NCBI GenBank assembly: GCA_050728375.1
Contig: JBOHJE010000185.1
Coordinates: 3,347-67,346 of the forward strand
Direction of reading: 5' to 3'
Length of the DNA: 64,000 nt
From: Methyloceanibacter sp.
Lineage (GTDB): Bacteria; Pseudomonadota; Alphaproteobacteria; Rhizobiales; Methyloligellaceae
Shown here: positions 56,835 through 64,000 of the stretch, one piece after another
Numbering within the stretch: the first letter of the stretch is position 1
How the letters are laid out: the number at the start of each line of letters is the position of its first letter
The notes under the pieces: model-generated
Databases searched by the model: none
Told to the model about the DNA's origin: nothing
Seen by the model: the letters and a program-made list of their open reading frames with translations, nothing else
Made by a program: the position numbers and the translations under genes

Positions 56835-57703
56835 GCGGGGACTGCGCTCGGCACGTCGAACCGCGCGAAGGCCGGGCGGCGAAGAGTGAGGGTGACGTCA
56901 CCGGCTTTGAGCGGCGTGCCGCGCGCGATCGCATCGCCGGCACGGTCGAGCCGCAGCAGCGCAAGCCCTGACGCCCCGCTCACCGAGCCAAGCGCACCGA
57001 GCGGCCGACCGCCGGCTTCGACGCCAGTGCCCGGCGCCGGCAAGGGACCATTTCCCTCCACGGGCACCACGCGCTTGCGCGCCGTGCCTCTGTGCTGCAT
57101 GCGCGAGACGACCTCCTGTCCCACGAAGCAGCCCTTCTCGAAGTCGACGCCGTTCAACTGATCGAACAGGGCTTCGTGGGGAAACACATCGCCGTAGGCG
57201 TAATCTCGCCCGCCGTCCGGTACGCCGAGAGCTATGCGTTTTATGTGATAATCCGCTTCCGGCGCTACCGAGCAGCCTAGACTGGTCATGTCCGCGCCTG
57301 GGGGAAGCAGGATGCGGAAGCCAAGCTCCGGAAGCCGCGGATCGGCATAAAGGATGACCCCTTCGGGGATCTGCGGTTCGCCACCCCAGACGGCTCCCAC
57401 CGTGAAGGAAGGCTCCTCGGAGATCTCCGCCCGTGCGCGCAGGCGATAGAAGCCGAGCCGCTTCGCGAGCTCGCTGGCCTCGGCTCGTGCGACATCGATC
57501 AGAAGTCCGTCGTCCGCGGCGATTACGAAGAAGTCGTACAGGACCTTGCCTTGCGGGCTGAGCAGTCCGGTATGAATCGCGGTGCGATCCCGCAGCTTGT
57601 TGATATCGTTGGTAATTACGCCTTGCAGAAATTTGCGCGCTTCCGCACCCGTGATGCGCAGCGCGCCGCGATCAGCAAGGAGAGTGGCTTCGCAATGGCT
57701 CAT
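56831..57703 (-). CDS. ygfZ: folate-binding YgfZ/CAF17-family protein
   Basis: LADRGALRITGAEARKFLQGVITNDI...GLLSPQGKVLYDFF...KGCFVGQEVVSRMQHRGTARKR. Confidence 0.88.
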   Translation of the reverse strand: MSHCEATLLADRGALRITGAEARKFLQGVITNDINKLRDRTAIHTGLLSPQGKVLYDFFVIAADDGLLIDVARAEASELAKRLGFYRLRARAEISEEPSFTVGAVWGGEPQIPEGVILYADPRLPELGFRILLPPGADMTSLGCSVAPEADYHIKRIALGVPDGGRDYAYGDVFPHEALFDQLNGVDFEKGCFVGQEVVSRMQHRGTARKRVVPVEGNGPLPAPGTGVEAGGRPLGALGSVSGASGLALLRLDRAGDAIARGTPLKAGDVTLTLRRPAFARFDVPSAVPA

Positions 57704-57781
57704 ATGCCCGCCTTCTGCTACCAAGGCGCCCGAATCTAGGAGGGCGCACTTGCCCCCGCAAGTGAGGCCAAGCCGCACTCA

Positions 57782-59119
57782 ATGGCTGAAACTTTCGACC
57801 TCGTGTTCAAGAACGCAACCCTCGTCAATCAAGCGGGCGAGGGCAAGGCGGACGTCGGTATCCGCAACGGACGCATTGCCGCCCTGGGCGACATTGCTGA
57901 AGGGCTCGCCGGCGAAACCATCGACGCGAGCGGGCTGCACGTTCTGCCCGGCGTGATCGACACCCAGGTGCATTTTCGCGAGCCGGGGCTCGAACACAAA
58001 GAGGACCTGGAAACCGGCAGCCGTTCCGCTGTCCTCGGCGGGGTCACGGCCGTGTTCGAGATGCCGAACACCAAGCCGCCCACCACGAGCGGCGAGACGC
58101 TGGCCAGGAAGGTCGCCGCAGCCACCGGCCGCATGCATTGCGACTTCGCCTTCTTCGTCGGCGCCACGCGCGACAATGTGGACCAGCTGGGCGACCTCGA
58201 GCGCCTCCCGGGCGCCGCGGGCATCAAAGTGTTCATGGGCTCCTCGACCGGGGATCTGCTCGTCGACGACGAGGACACGCTTCTTCGCATCTTGACCAGG
58301 ATCAGGCGGCGCGCGGCGTTCCATTCCGAGGATGAAGCGCGGCTCAAGGAGCGTGCGGCCCTGCAACGCCAAGGCGACCCCTCGAGCCACAGCGAATGGC
58401 GCGACGAGATAGCCGCGCTCGCCTCGACGGAGCGCCTGTTGCGCCTTGCCACGGCGGCGGGAAAGCGCGTGCATGTGCTCCACATTTCGACGGGCGCCGA
58501 GATGGAGCTGCTCGCCCTGCACAAGGACGTTGCGAGCGTCGAGGTCACGCCGCAACACCTCACCCTCGCGGCGCCGGACATTTACGACTTGATCGGCACG
58601 CGGGCGCAGATGAATCCGCCGCTCAGGAACCGTCCCCATCAGGACATATTGTGGTGGGGTCTCAATCAGGGTGTCGTCGACGTGCTCGGCTCGGATCACG
58701 CACCGCACACGCTGGATGAGAAGGCGAGGATTTATCCGGCCACGCCGTCGGGCATGCCGGGCGTGCAGACGCTGGTGCCGGTGATGCTCAACCACGTCAA
58801 TGCGGGACGCCTCAGCCTTGCTCGCTTCGTCGATCTGACGAGCGTCGGACCGCAGCGCCTGTTCGGCATTGCCGGCAAGGGGCGCATCGCCGTGGGCTAT
58901 GACGCGGATCTCACCGTCGTCGACCTCAAGGCCGAGAAGGTCATCGAGGATTCATGGATCGTCAGCAAATGCAACTGGACTCCCTTTGCTGGCCGCAAAG
59001 TGAGAGGCTGGCCGGTCGGTACCATCGTACGCGGCAGAATCGCGATGTGGGAAGGTGAGCTTGACCAGGCGGCGGGTCAGCCCATCCGCTTCGGCGAGGC
59101 GCTGCCCCAGACCTACTGA
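57782..59119 (+). CDS. pyrC: dihydroorotase (class I, ~445 aa)
   Basis: LVFKNATLVN...LHVLPGVIDTQVHFREPG...GGVTAVFEMPNT...GSDHAPH. Confidence 0.9.
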   Translation: MAETFDLVFKNATLVNQAGEGKADVGIRNGRIAALGDIAEGLAGETIDASGLHVLPGVIDTQVHFREPGLEHKEDLETGSRSAVLGGVTAVFEMPNTKPPTTSGETLARKVAAATGRMHCDFAFFVGATRDNVDQLGDLERLPGAAGIKVFMGSSTGDLLVDDEDTLLRILTRIRRRAAFHSEDEARLKERAALQRQGDPSSHSEWRDEIAALASTERLLRLATAAGKRVHVLHISTGAEMELLALHKDVASVEVTPQHLTLAAPDIYDLIGTRAQMNPPLRNRPHQDILWWGLNQGVVDVLGSDHAPHTLDEKARIYPATPSGMPGVQTLVPVMLNHVNAGRLSLARFVDLTSVGPQRLFGIAGKGRIAVGYDADLTVVDLKAEKVIEDSWIVSKCNWTPFAGRKVRGWPVGTIVRGRIAMWEGELDQAAGQPIRFGEALPQTY

Positions 59120-59778
59120 ATGAAGAAGTGCCAGACGCCGCTCGGCGACACGCCGAGCCGGTAGAAGCTGTATTTCTCATTCTGCTTCATGGCCACGGCG
59201 CGATCGGGCGGCACGACACGATAGAGCTCGACTTCTTGTGCCGGCGTGAGCTTGCCGAGATCGGTTTCGGCGAAATACGGCCAGACATACATCTCGCCAT
59301 GGCCTTTGCCCACGCGGAGGTAACCCGAAGACAACACGTTGAGCATGGCGGCGAGAACCGCGCGGCCATTGCCGTCGGCCGATTCCTTCTTCCAGAAGGC
59401 GATCGGGTCATCCACGTGGGTTGCGGCGACCATCGGTTTGAGCTCGTTCGATTCGAGCACGGGTCTCATCTTCTCGATGTCGCCGCTTTCCGCCGCGACG
59501 ATGACCTCCGAGAGCATCTCCTGAACAGGGTTCGGCAAGGCGCTCAGATCGTAGGACGGCTCCGGCGCTGCGTCAGACGGCGCGGTCTTGCCGCCTTTGG
59601 GGGCCTCGGTCGAGAGTGAGGGCGGTTCGCTCGGCGCCTTGTCCTTGGCCCCCGTGCCGCCGGCAAGCTCGATCGAGCCGGGGCCAGCCGCCTCATTGCG
59701 TTGAGCGTAGACAAGGGCGGCGGTGCCCGCTACCAATGCCGCGACGGCAATCATGATGACTTTTTTTCGGCTCTTCAT
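59113..59778 (-). CDS. secreted hypothetical protein
   Basis: MKSRKKVIMIAVAALVAGTAALVYA signal peptide. 221 aa, GC3-rich. No family recognised. Confidence 0.55.
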   Translation of the reverse strand: MKSRKKVIMIAVAALVAGTAALVYAQRNEAAGPGSIELAGGTGAKDKAPSEPPSLSTEAPKGGKTAPSDAAPEPSYDLSALPNPVQEMLSEVIVAAESGDIEKMRPVLESNELKPMVAATHVDDPIAFWKKESADGNGRAVLAAMLNVLSSGYLRVGKGHGEMYVWPYFAETDLGKLTPAQEVELYRVVPPDRAVAMKQNEKYSFYRLGVSPSGVWHFFIQ

Positions 59779-59895
59779 TCATCACTCCCTAAGCGGCTGT
59801 CAGTGTCACAGATCGGCGAGCGAGTGCAAGTCCAGCCGTTGCAGCCGGCCGGCGCTGTTTCGCGTCCAATCCTCATGAGCGAATAGGCCCCGGCC

Positions 59896-60564
59896 TTGCA
59901 GGCAGGCGCGCAAATCGTACTGTCCGGCATCCAACTCGTAATCGCCGGCCTCGGCATTGGCGTGCTGATGGCGGCGCCGATCGGACCGGTGAACGTACTG
60001 GTGATTCAGAGGGCCGTGGCCCGCGGTTTTTGGGGCGGACTTGCGGCGGGCATCGGCGCGGTCCTTGGCGACGGGATTCTGGCGGCTCTCGGCGCCTTCA
60101 GCATCGCGGCCATCTCAGACGTGATGATCGCCTATGGCGACGCGATCCAGTTTGCGGGCGGACTGCTCTTGATCGCCTTTGGCCTCGCGCTTCTCCTCGC
60201 CAAGCCGATTGTGAAGACGCCTCTTGGCGAGAGGTCCCATCTCCTCGAGCACACCGGCATCATTCCGCAGACTTTCTTTCTCACGGTCACCAATCCGGGC
60301 GCCATTCTCGGTATGGCGGCGATGATCGGCGGCCTAGGCTCCCTGATCGGCGGTCTCAACACCAATTTCGAAGCTCTCATTCTCGTCGCGGCCATCATGG
60401 GCGGAAGTCTGCTTTGGTGGCTCGGCCTGTCGGAATTGATCGCCACCATCCGGCACAAGCTCACCGAAAGCCGGCTCCACCTTATCAACCGCATCGCCGG
60501 GCTGGTGCTGTTTTTGTTCGGCGGGATATTGGTGATGGAGGGCCTGCTCCGGTATTTCCACTGA
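59896..60564 (+). CDS. LysE/RhtB-family amino acid exporter
   Basis: APIGPVNVLVIQRAVARGFWGGLAAGIGAVLGDGILAAL... with six helices. The start codon is uncertain (TTG 59896). Confidence 0.8.
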   Translation: MQAGAQIVLSGIQLVIAGLGIGVLMAAPIGPVNVLVIQRAVARGFWGGLAAGIGAVLGDGILAALGAFSIAAISDVMIAYGDAIQFAGGLLLIAFGLALLLAKPIVKTPLGERSHLLEHTGIIPQTFFLTVTNPGAILGMAAMIGGLGSLIGGLNTNFEALILVAAIMGGSLLWWLGLSELIATIRHKLTESRLHLINRIAGLVLFLFGGILVMEGLLRYFH

Positions 60565-60582
60565 GAGCGGGCGACCCGGAGC

Positions 60583-60882
60583 TTACTGTGGCGTGCGCCT
60601 GAGCGTGAACTCGCCATGATGAATGCGGCGGGAGAGACCGGTCGTCATCTTGGCCACTGCGTCTTCGCCGTAGACGTCGATTAGATCGGCGAGAGCGGCG
60701 TACAGGGCCGCATTGGCGAGCATCTCCGGCTCGATGCCGTCATGCAGCGCTTCTTCCCAGGCGTCTAGGATGTAGCGCAGCGCCGCCTGCTTCTGGGCTT
60801 CGCTCGCGGCTGATTGCAATGGTCGCTTCGCGGGGCGCAATGCGGTTGTCCTTCCTGGCAGCCGGGGAGTTGATAATGTCAC
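60583..60882 (-). CDS. hypothetical protein
   Basis: 99-aa GC3-rich ORF. No family recognised. Confidence 0.45.
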   Translation of the reverse strand: MTLSTPRLPGRTTALRPAKRPLQSAASEAQKQAALRYILDAWEEALHDGIEPEMLANAALYAALADLIDVYGEDAVAKMTTGLSRRIHHGEFTLRRTPQ

Positions 60883-60941
60883 AATTACACCCCCGTTCCG
60901 CCGCCAGTATGACAGAGTGAATCAACGGTTAACGGACAGGC

Positions 60942-61637
60942 TTAATCCGGAGGCTCGGGCTCAGCCGGCCGCGCTGCGTTGGCTTCCGGGGCGGCGCCGG
61001 CTGGATCGGTCGGCCCGGTTGGCTCGGCGGCTTGGGCTTGGACGTCCGCCGAAGCATTCTCCGCGGCTTTCGGCGCGGGATTGGAGAAGACCGAGGTCTG
61101 CGCCAGCGACGCGGCGATGGTTGCGCCTTCGGTCGAGAAGCGCTTGGAGGCGACGATGGCCGACGGCGTGCACGTGCGGTGCGTGCGGCGATAGCCGCGA
61201 TAGCCGTCATTGAAACTGTTGACGAGCTTCGCCCGCCGAACCGCGGTAGTGCCCTCGTTTTGCAGGATCGCCCTCATCTGGTTGCGCCAGAGCTGGCCAT
61301 CTTCCGCGCCACAAAGCTCGCGAAGATAGTGGACGGCGCCGAGGATCTCCGCGAGCCGCATTAGCTTGTTGTCGTAGGGCCTGTCATCGGGCGGCGGAGG
61401 CGCGAGACTCTCCCGCGGCACGATAGGGGGCAGATCGTCGCCCGGGGGAGGGGTGCGCGGCCGGTAGGTGCGGGGCTTCTGCTGCTGCCTCGGCGCTTGC
61501 TCGAAAAACCGGAAAAACTGGGCTTCGGCGACGGGCGCGTAAGCCATGCCGGTGACGGCTAGCAACAAGGCCGCTAAGCCAAGCCCCAAATGCCGTCCTA
61601 CGGACGCTGCCATGATGCCTGAGTAACGCCAATTCAT
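60942..61637 (-). CDS. TIGR02301-family conserved alphaproteobacterial protein
   Basis: Signal peptide plus a Pro-rich linker, then YDNKLMRLAEILGAVHYLRELCG...WRNQMRAILQNEG...RRAKLVNSFNDGYRGY..TH.TCT. Confidence 0.75.
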   Translation of the reverse strand: MNWRYSGIMAASVGRHLGLGLAALLLAVTGMAYAPVAEAQFFRFFEQAPRQQQKPRTYRPRTPPPGDDLPPIVPRESLAPPPPDDRPYDNKLMRLAEILGAVHYLRELCGAEDGQLWRNQMRAILQNEGTTAVRRAKLVNSFNDGYRGYRRTHRTCTPSAIVASKRFSTEGATIAASLAQTSVFSNPAPKAAENASADVQAQAAEPTGPTDPAGAAPEANAARPAEPEPPD

Positions 61638-61653
61638 GGTGAAATCTAGCCGC

Positions 61654-62061
61654 TTAGGCACTCCTCAGGCGGTGCGCGGCAAGCCAAATCAGGGGCGCCG
61701 TGCCTGGGGTCAACTCAAGGCCCTCGATCTCCCCCAGGCCAATCCAACGGGCCGCCTCGGCGTCTCCTTTCGCCGCGAGATGACCGCCGAGGACCCGGCC
61801 ATAGTAGACGGTGAGGCCATAGGGGGCGCCCTCGTCGATTTCCGTGGGGACGACGACTTTGTCGAGGATGCCTTCGACCACTGCATCGAGGCCCGTCTCC
61901 TCCTTGAGCTCGCGGCGAACCGCCTCCCGGGCGCTCTCGGTCCCCTCGATCTTGCCGCCGGGGAGGCTCCACAAGCCCGCAAACGGGGGGCGGCCGCGCT
62001 TCACCAGAAGGACAGCGCGATCCTTGAAGAGGACGATGCTCACGCCCTCGATGCGTTTCAT
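61654..62061 (-). CDS. NUDIX hydrolase
   Basis: Nudix box GLWSLPGGKIEGTESAREAVRRELKEETGL. Confidence 0.9.
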   Translation of the reverse strand: MKRIEGVSIVLFKDRAVLLVKRGRPPFAGLWSLPGGKIEGTESAREAVRRELKEETGLDAVVEGILDKVVVPTEIDEGAPYGLTVYYGRVLGGHLAAKGDAEAARWIGLGEIEGLELTPGTAPLIWLAAHRLRSA

Positions 62062-62088
62062 TGTTGGCTTGGCGGTAAGGGGAGCCGG

Positions 62089-62695
62089 TCAGCGTGTGCC
62101 GAACAGCGCGTCAATCGCCGCTTGGCCGCCGACATCTCCCGCCGCCTCGGAGTCACGGCGGTCGCTGAGGTTTTCGCCATTGGCGATCGAGTTGGCCTCG
62201 TCGATCAGGACGCGCAGGCGGCTTACGGTCCCCTCGCACGCCTTGTTCAGGCCCTTGCGGCCTCTCCCGAGCTCGGCGCGGACTTCAGCGAGGAGCGTAA
62301 CGGCCTCGCCGTGGAGGCGCGACACGGCCTCGTCGAAGCGAGCCCGGATCCTCGGCGGCGCCTTGCGATAGGCGGCGATGGGCAAGGTTCTTGTGACGGA
62401 ACTCCGACTGGGTGAAGTGCTCTTCGTAAGTCAGGGGACGCCAAAACAGTAAATCGTCGGCGAAGCTCTCGGGCTCGGAGGACAGCGCCTCGAGCAGCAT
62501 GACGAGCTCATGGAAATGATTGAGATAGTCGCTTGCGAGCAGCGTCGATTCGTTGATGTTGGTGCCGGGAATATGGGCGCGGAAATGGCCAAGCATAGCC
62601 GTGCGGAAGGCCGAAACGATATCCTCCCGGCTCACATCTTCTTGGATTTCAGCCTGACGCAGACTGCGATTCTCATCAGCAAACATAGCGCACAC
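62089..62695 (-). pseudogene. conserved hypothetical protein split by a 1-nt insertion near 62380-62383
   Basis: ORF 62285..62695 (...YLNHFHELVMLLEALSSEPESF...YEEHFTQSEFRHKNL) and ORF 62089..62385 (PIAAYRKAPPRIRARFDEAVSRLHGEAV...) overlap. Removing one C from a CCC run fuses them cleanly as ...HKNLAIAAYRK... Confidence 0.55.
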
Positions 62696-62772
62696 TTATG
62701 CAATGGCATGAAATAGCTTTTGATGAACCTGCCTGATCATGATTGCCAAAGCGTTACCGGAGTCGCCTAGCC

Positions 62773-63453
62773 ATGTGCTCGCGATATAATCTGACCTCGC
62801 CGCCAGAAGCAGTGCGCGCCTATTTCGGCTATGCCGACACGCCCAACTTCCCGGCCCGCTACAACGTCGCCCCCACGCAACCGATTGCGGTGGTTGCACG
62901 CGATCGCGATGGAGTGCGTCGGTTCCGCCTCATGCGCTGGGGCTTGCTGCCGTCCTTTGTCAAGGATCCGAAGAAATTCCCGACCCTCATCAATGCCCGC
63001 TCGGAGGAGGTCTTGACGAAGGCATCGTTTCGGAACGCCATGCGCTGGCGCCGCTGCCTCATCCCCGCCGACGGCTTCTATGAGTGGACCGGGCCGAAAC
63101 GAAAGCGGCGTCCGTTCCTTTTGCGTCCCCGCGAGCCCCATTTGATCGCCTTTGCCGGGCTCTACGAGCGCTGGCGCGATCCGGAGGCCGGCGAGATCGA
63201 CACGGTGACGATCCTGACCTGCCCGGCCAACGGAACGGTTGCGCCATTGCACGACCGCATGCCGGTGGTGCTGGCGCCCGAGTCTTTCGAGGCTTGGCTC
63301 GACGTGGAGGGCACCGCTGCGCAGGCGGCGGTCGAGGTGTTGCAACCGGCTCCCGATAATCTGTTTGAGACCATCGAGCTCGATCCTAAGATCAACGATT
63401 CCCGGAAAGACGAGCCGGGCATCCAGGAGCCGCTTCAGCTTCCCCTCCTTTAG
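62773..63453 (+). CDS. SOS response-associated peptidase (SRAP/YedK family)
   Basis: MCSRYNLTSPPEAVRAYF carries the obligatory Met1-Cys2. Also RWGLLPSFVKD...INARSEEV...RRCLIPADGFYEW... Confidence 0.92.
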   Translation: MCSRYNLTSPPEAVRAYFGYADTPNFPARYNVAPTQPIAVVARDRDGVRRFRLMRWGLLPSFVKDPKKFPTLINARSEEVLTKASFRNAMRWRRCLIPADGFYEWTGPKRKRRPFLLRPREPHLIAFAGLYERWRDPEAGEIDTVTILTCPANGTVAPLHDRMPVVLAPESFEAWLDVEGTAAQAAVEVLQPAPDNLFETIELDPKINDSRKDEPGIQEPLQLPLL

Positions 63454-63463
63454 AAGGTCCCAC

Positions 63464-64000
63464 ATGCTCCCGTCCGACCTCATCGAGCGCTTCCGCATCA
63501 GCATAGGAAGCGGCTTCCATTTGCAGGACATCGATCCTGGAGAGACCTGCGGGCTGGATAAGGAAAGGGCGAAAACGATGCTCGAGAGCTGCGTCGCCCG
63601 GCTCAGCGCCCTTCAGGAACGCCTCTATGCCGACGGCCACTGGGCTGTCTTGGTGGTCCTGCAAGGAATGGACACCTCCGGCAAGGACGGCGTCATCGAG
63701 CACGTGATGTCGGGCATCAATCCGCAGGGCTGCGAGGTGCATTCCTTCAAGGCGCCGAGCGAGCAGGAGCTGGCCCACGATTTCCTGTGGCGAACCGCAA
63801 TGGCGCTACCGGCGCGAGGCCATATCGGAGTCTTCAATCGCTCCTATTATGAGGAGACCATCGTCGTCCGCGTGCATCCCAGTCTGCTTGAACGGCAACG
63901 CCTGCCGCAAAAGCTCTTCACCGACGACATTTGGAAGGGCCGCTTCGAGGACATCTCGAATTTCGAGCACCATCTCGCCCGCAACGGCGTCGTGCCCCTC
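63464..64000 (+). CDS. polyphosphate kinase 2 family protein (3' end beyond the window)
   Basis: Own translation from ATG 63464: ...RLYADGHWAVLVVLQGMDTSGKDGVIEHVMSGINPQGCEVHSFKAPSEQELAHDFLWRTAMALPARGHIGVFNRSYYE. This is the PPK2 Walker-A/lid region. The frame is open to the window end. Confidence 0.88.
   Translation, partial: MLPSDLIERFRISIGSGFHLQDIDPGETCGLDKERAKTMLESCVARLSALQERLYADGHWAVLVVLQGMDTSGKDGVIEHVMSGINPQGCEVHSFKAPSEQELAHDFLWRTAMALPARGHIGVFNRSYYEETIVVRVHPSLLERQRLPQKLFTDDIWKGRFEDISNFEHHLARNGVVPL

Noticed and set aside
1-64000. CRISPR arrays, rRNA genes, retron or DGR reverse transcriptases, and intact IS elements or transposases.
   Set aside because: I saw no regularly spaced identical repeats with unique spacers. 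No translation resembles a transposase, reverse transcriptase or Cas protein. The only tandem repeats are the 30-bp, 10-bp and 8-bp duplications and the coding repeats of the His-rich gene.

Overview
A 64-kb chromosomal segment from a high-GC alphaproteobacterium. Gene content looks like Hyphomicrobiales/Rhizobiales: HdaA, TIGR02301, DUF2066, NadQ and YcbB-type L,D-transpeptidases. Most of it is ordinary housekeeping: panB, bamB, der, holC, ndk, purN/purM, pgsA-like, hdaA, ppk1-ppx, cbpA-cbpM, rnd, aspS, tRNA-Leu(UAA), nadCBA, an ABC-2 exporter, nadQ, tag, ygfZ, pyrC, an SRAP peptidase and a partial ppk2. Genes were called by recognising protein families in the supplied translations plus my own translation of regions missing from the ORF track. 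No searches were run. Many very long ORFs antisense to these genes are high-GC shadow ORFs and were rejected. Four things stand out. (1) In 2.0-8.5 kb, co-oriented small stress/detox genes (DUF899, ArsR-SRPBCC, a Zn-ADH stub, GFA) are separated by three copies of a repeat derived from the 3' end of a vapC toxin gene. The block is wedged between a truncated alpha/beta-hydrolase and a doubly frameshifted LysR gene. (2) A structured intergenic element of about 190-250 nt occurs twice, each time just downstream of an L,D-transpeptidase gene, with a compensatory change in one hairpin. I cannot assign it to any RNA family. (3) A gene-poor island remnant of about 2.8 kb follows tRNA-Leu. It holds an iteron-like TAnGGGGnCCC array, a repeat-built His/Gly-rich secreted-protein gene that is out of frame, and a phage-type HTH protein. 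(4) There are many broken accessory genes: homopolymer frameshifts, an 8-bp duplication, and a tail-to-tail deletion fusing two convergent genes. Every core gene is intact. A palindrome pair upstream of nadA is a candidate operator for the NadQ regulator encoded 7.4 kb away. I found no clear complete multi-gene system such as a defence locus, CRISPR array, retron or integron integrase.
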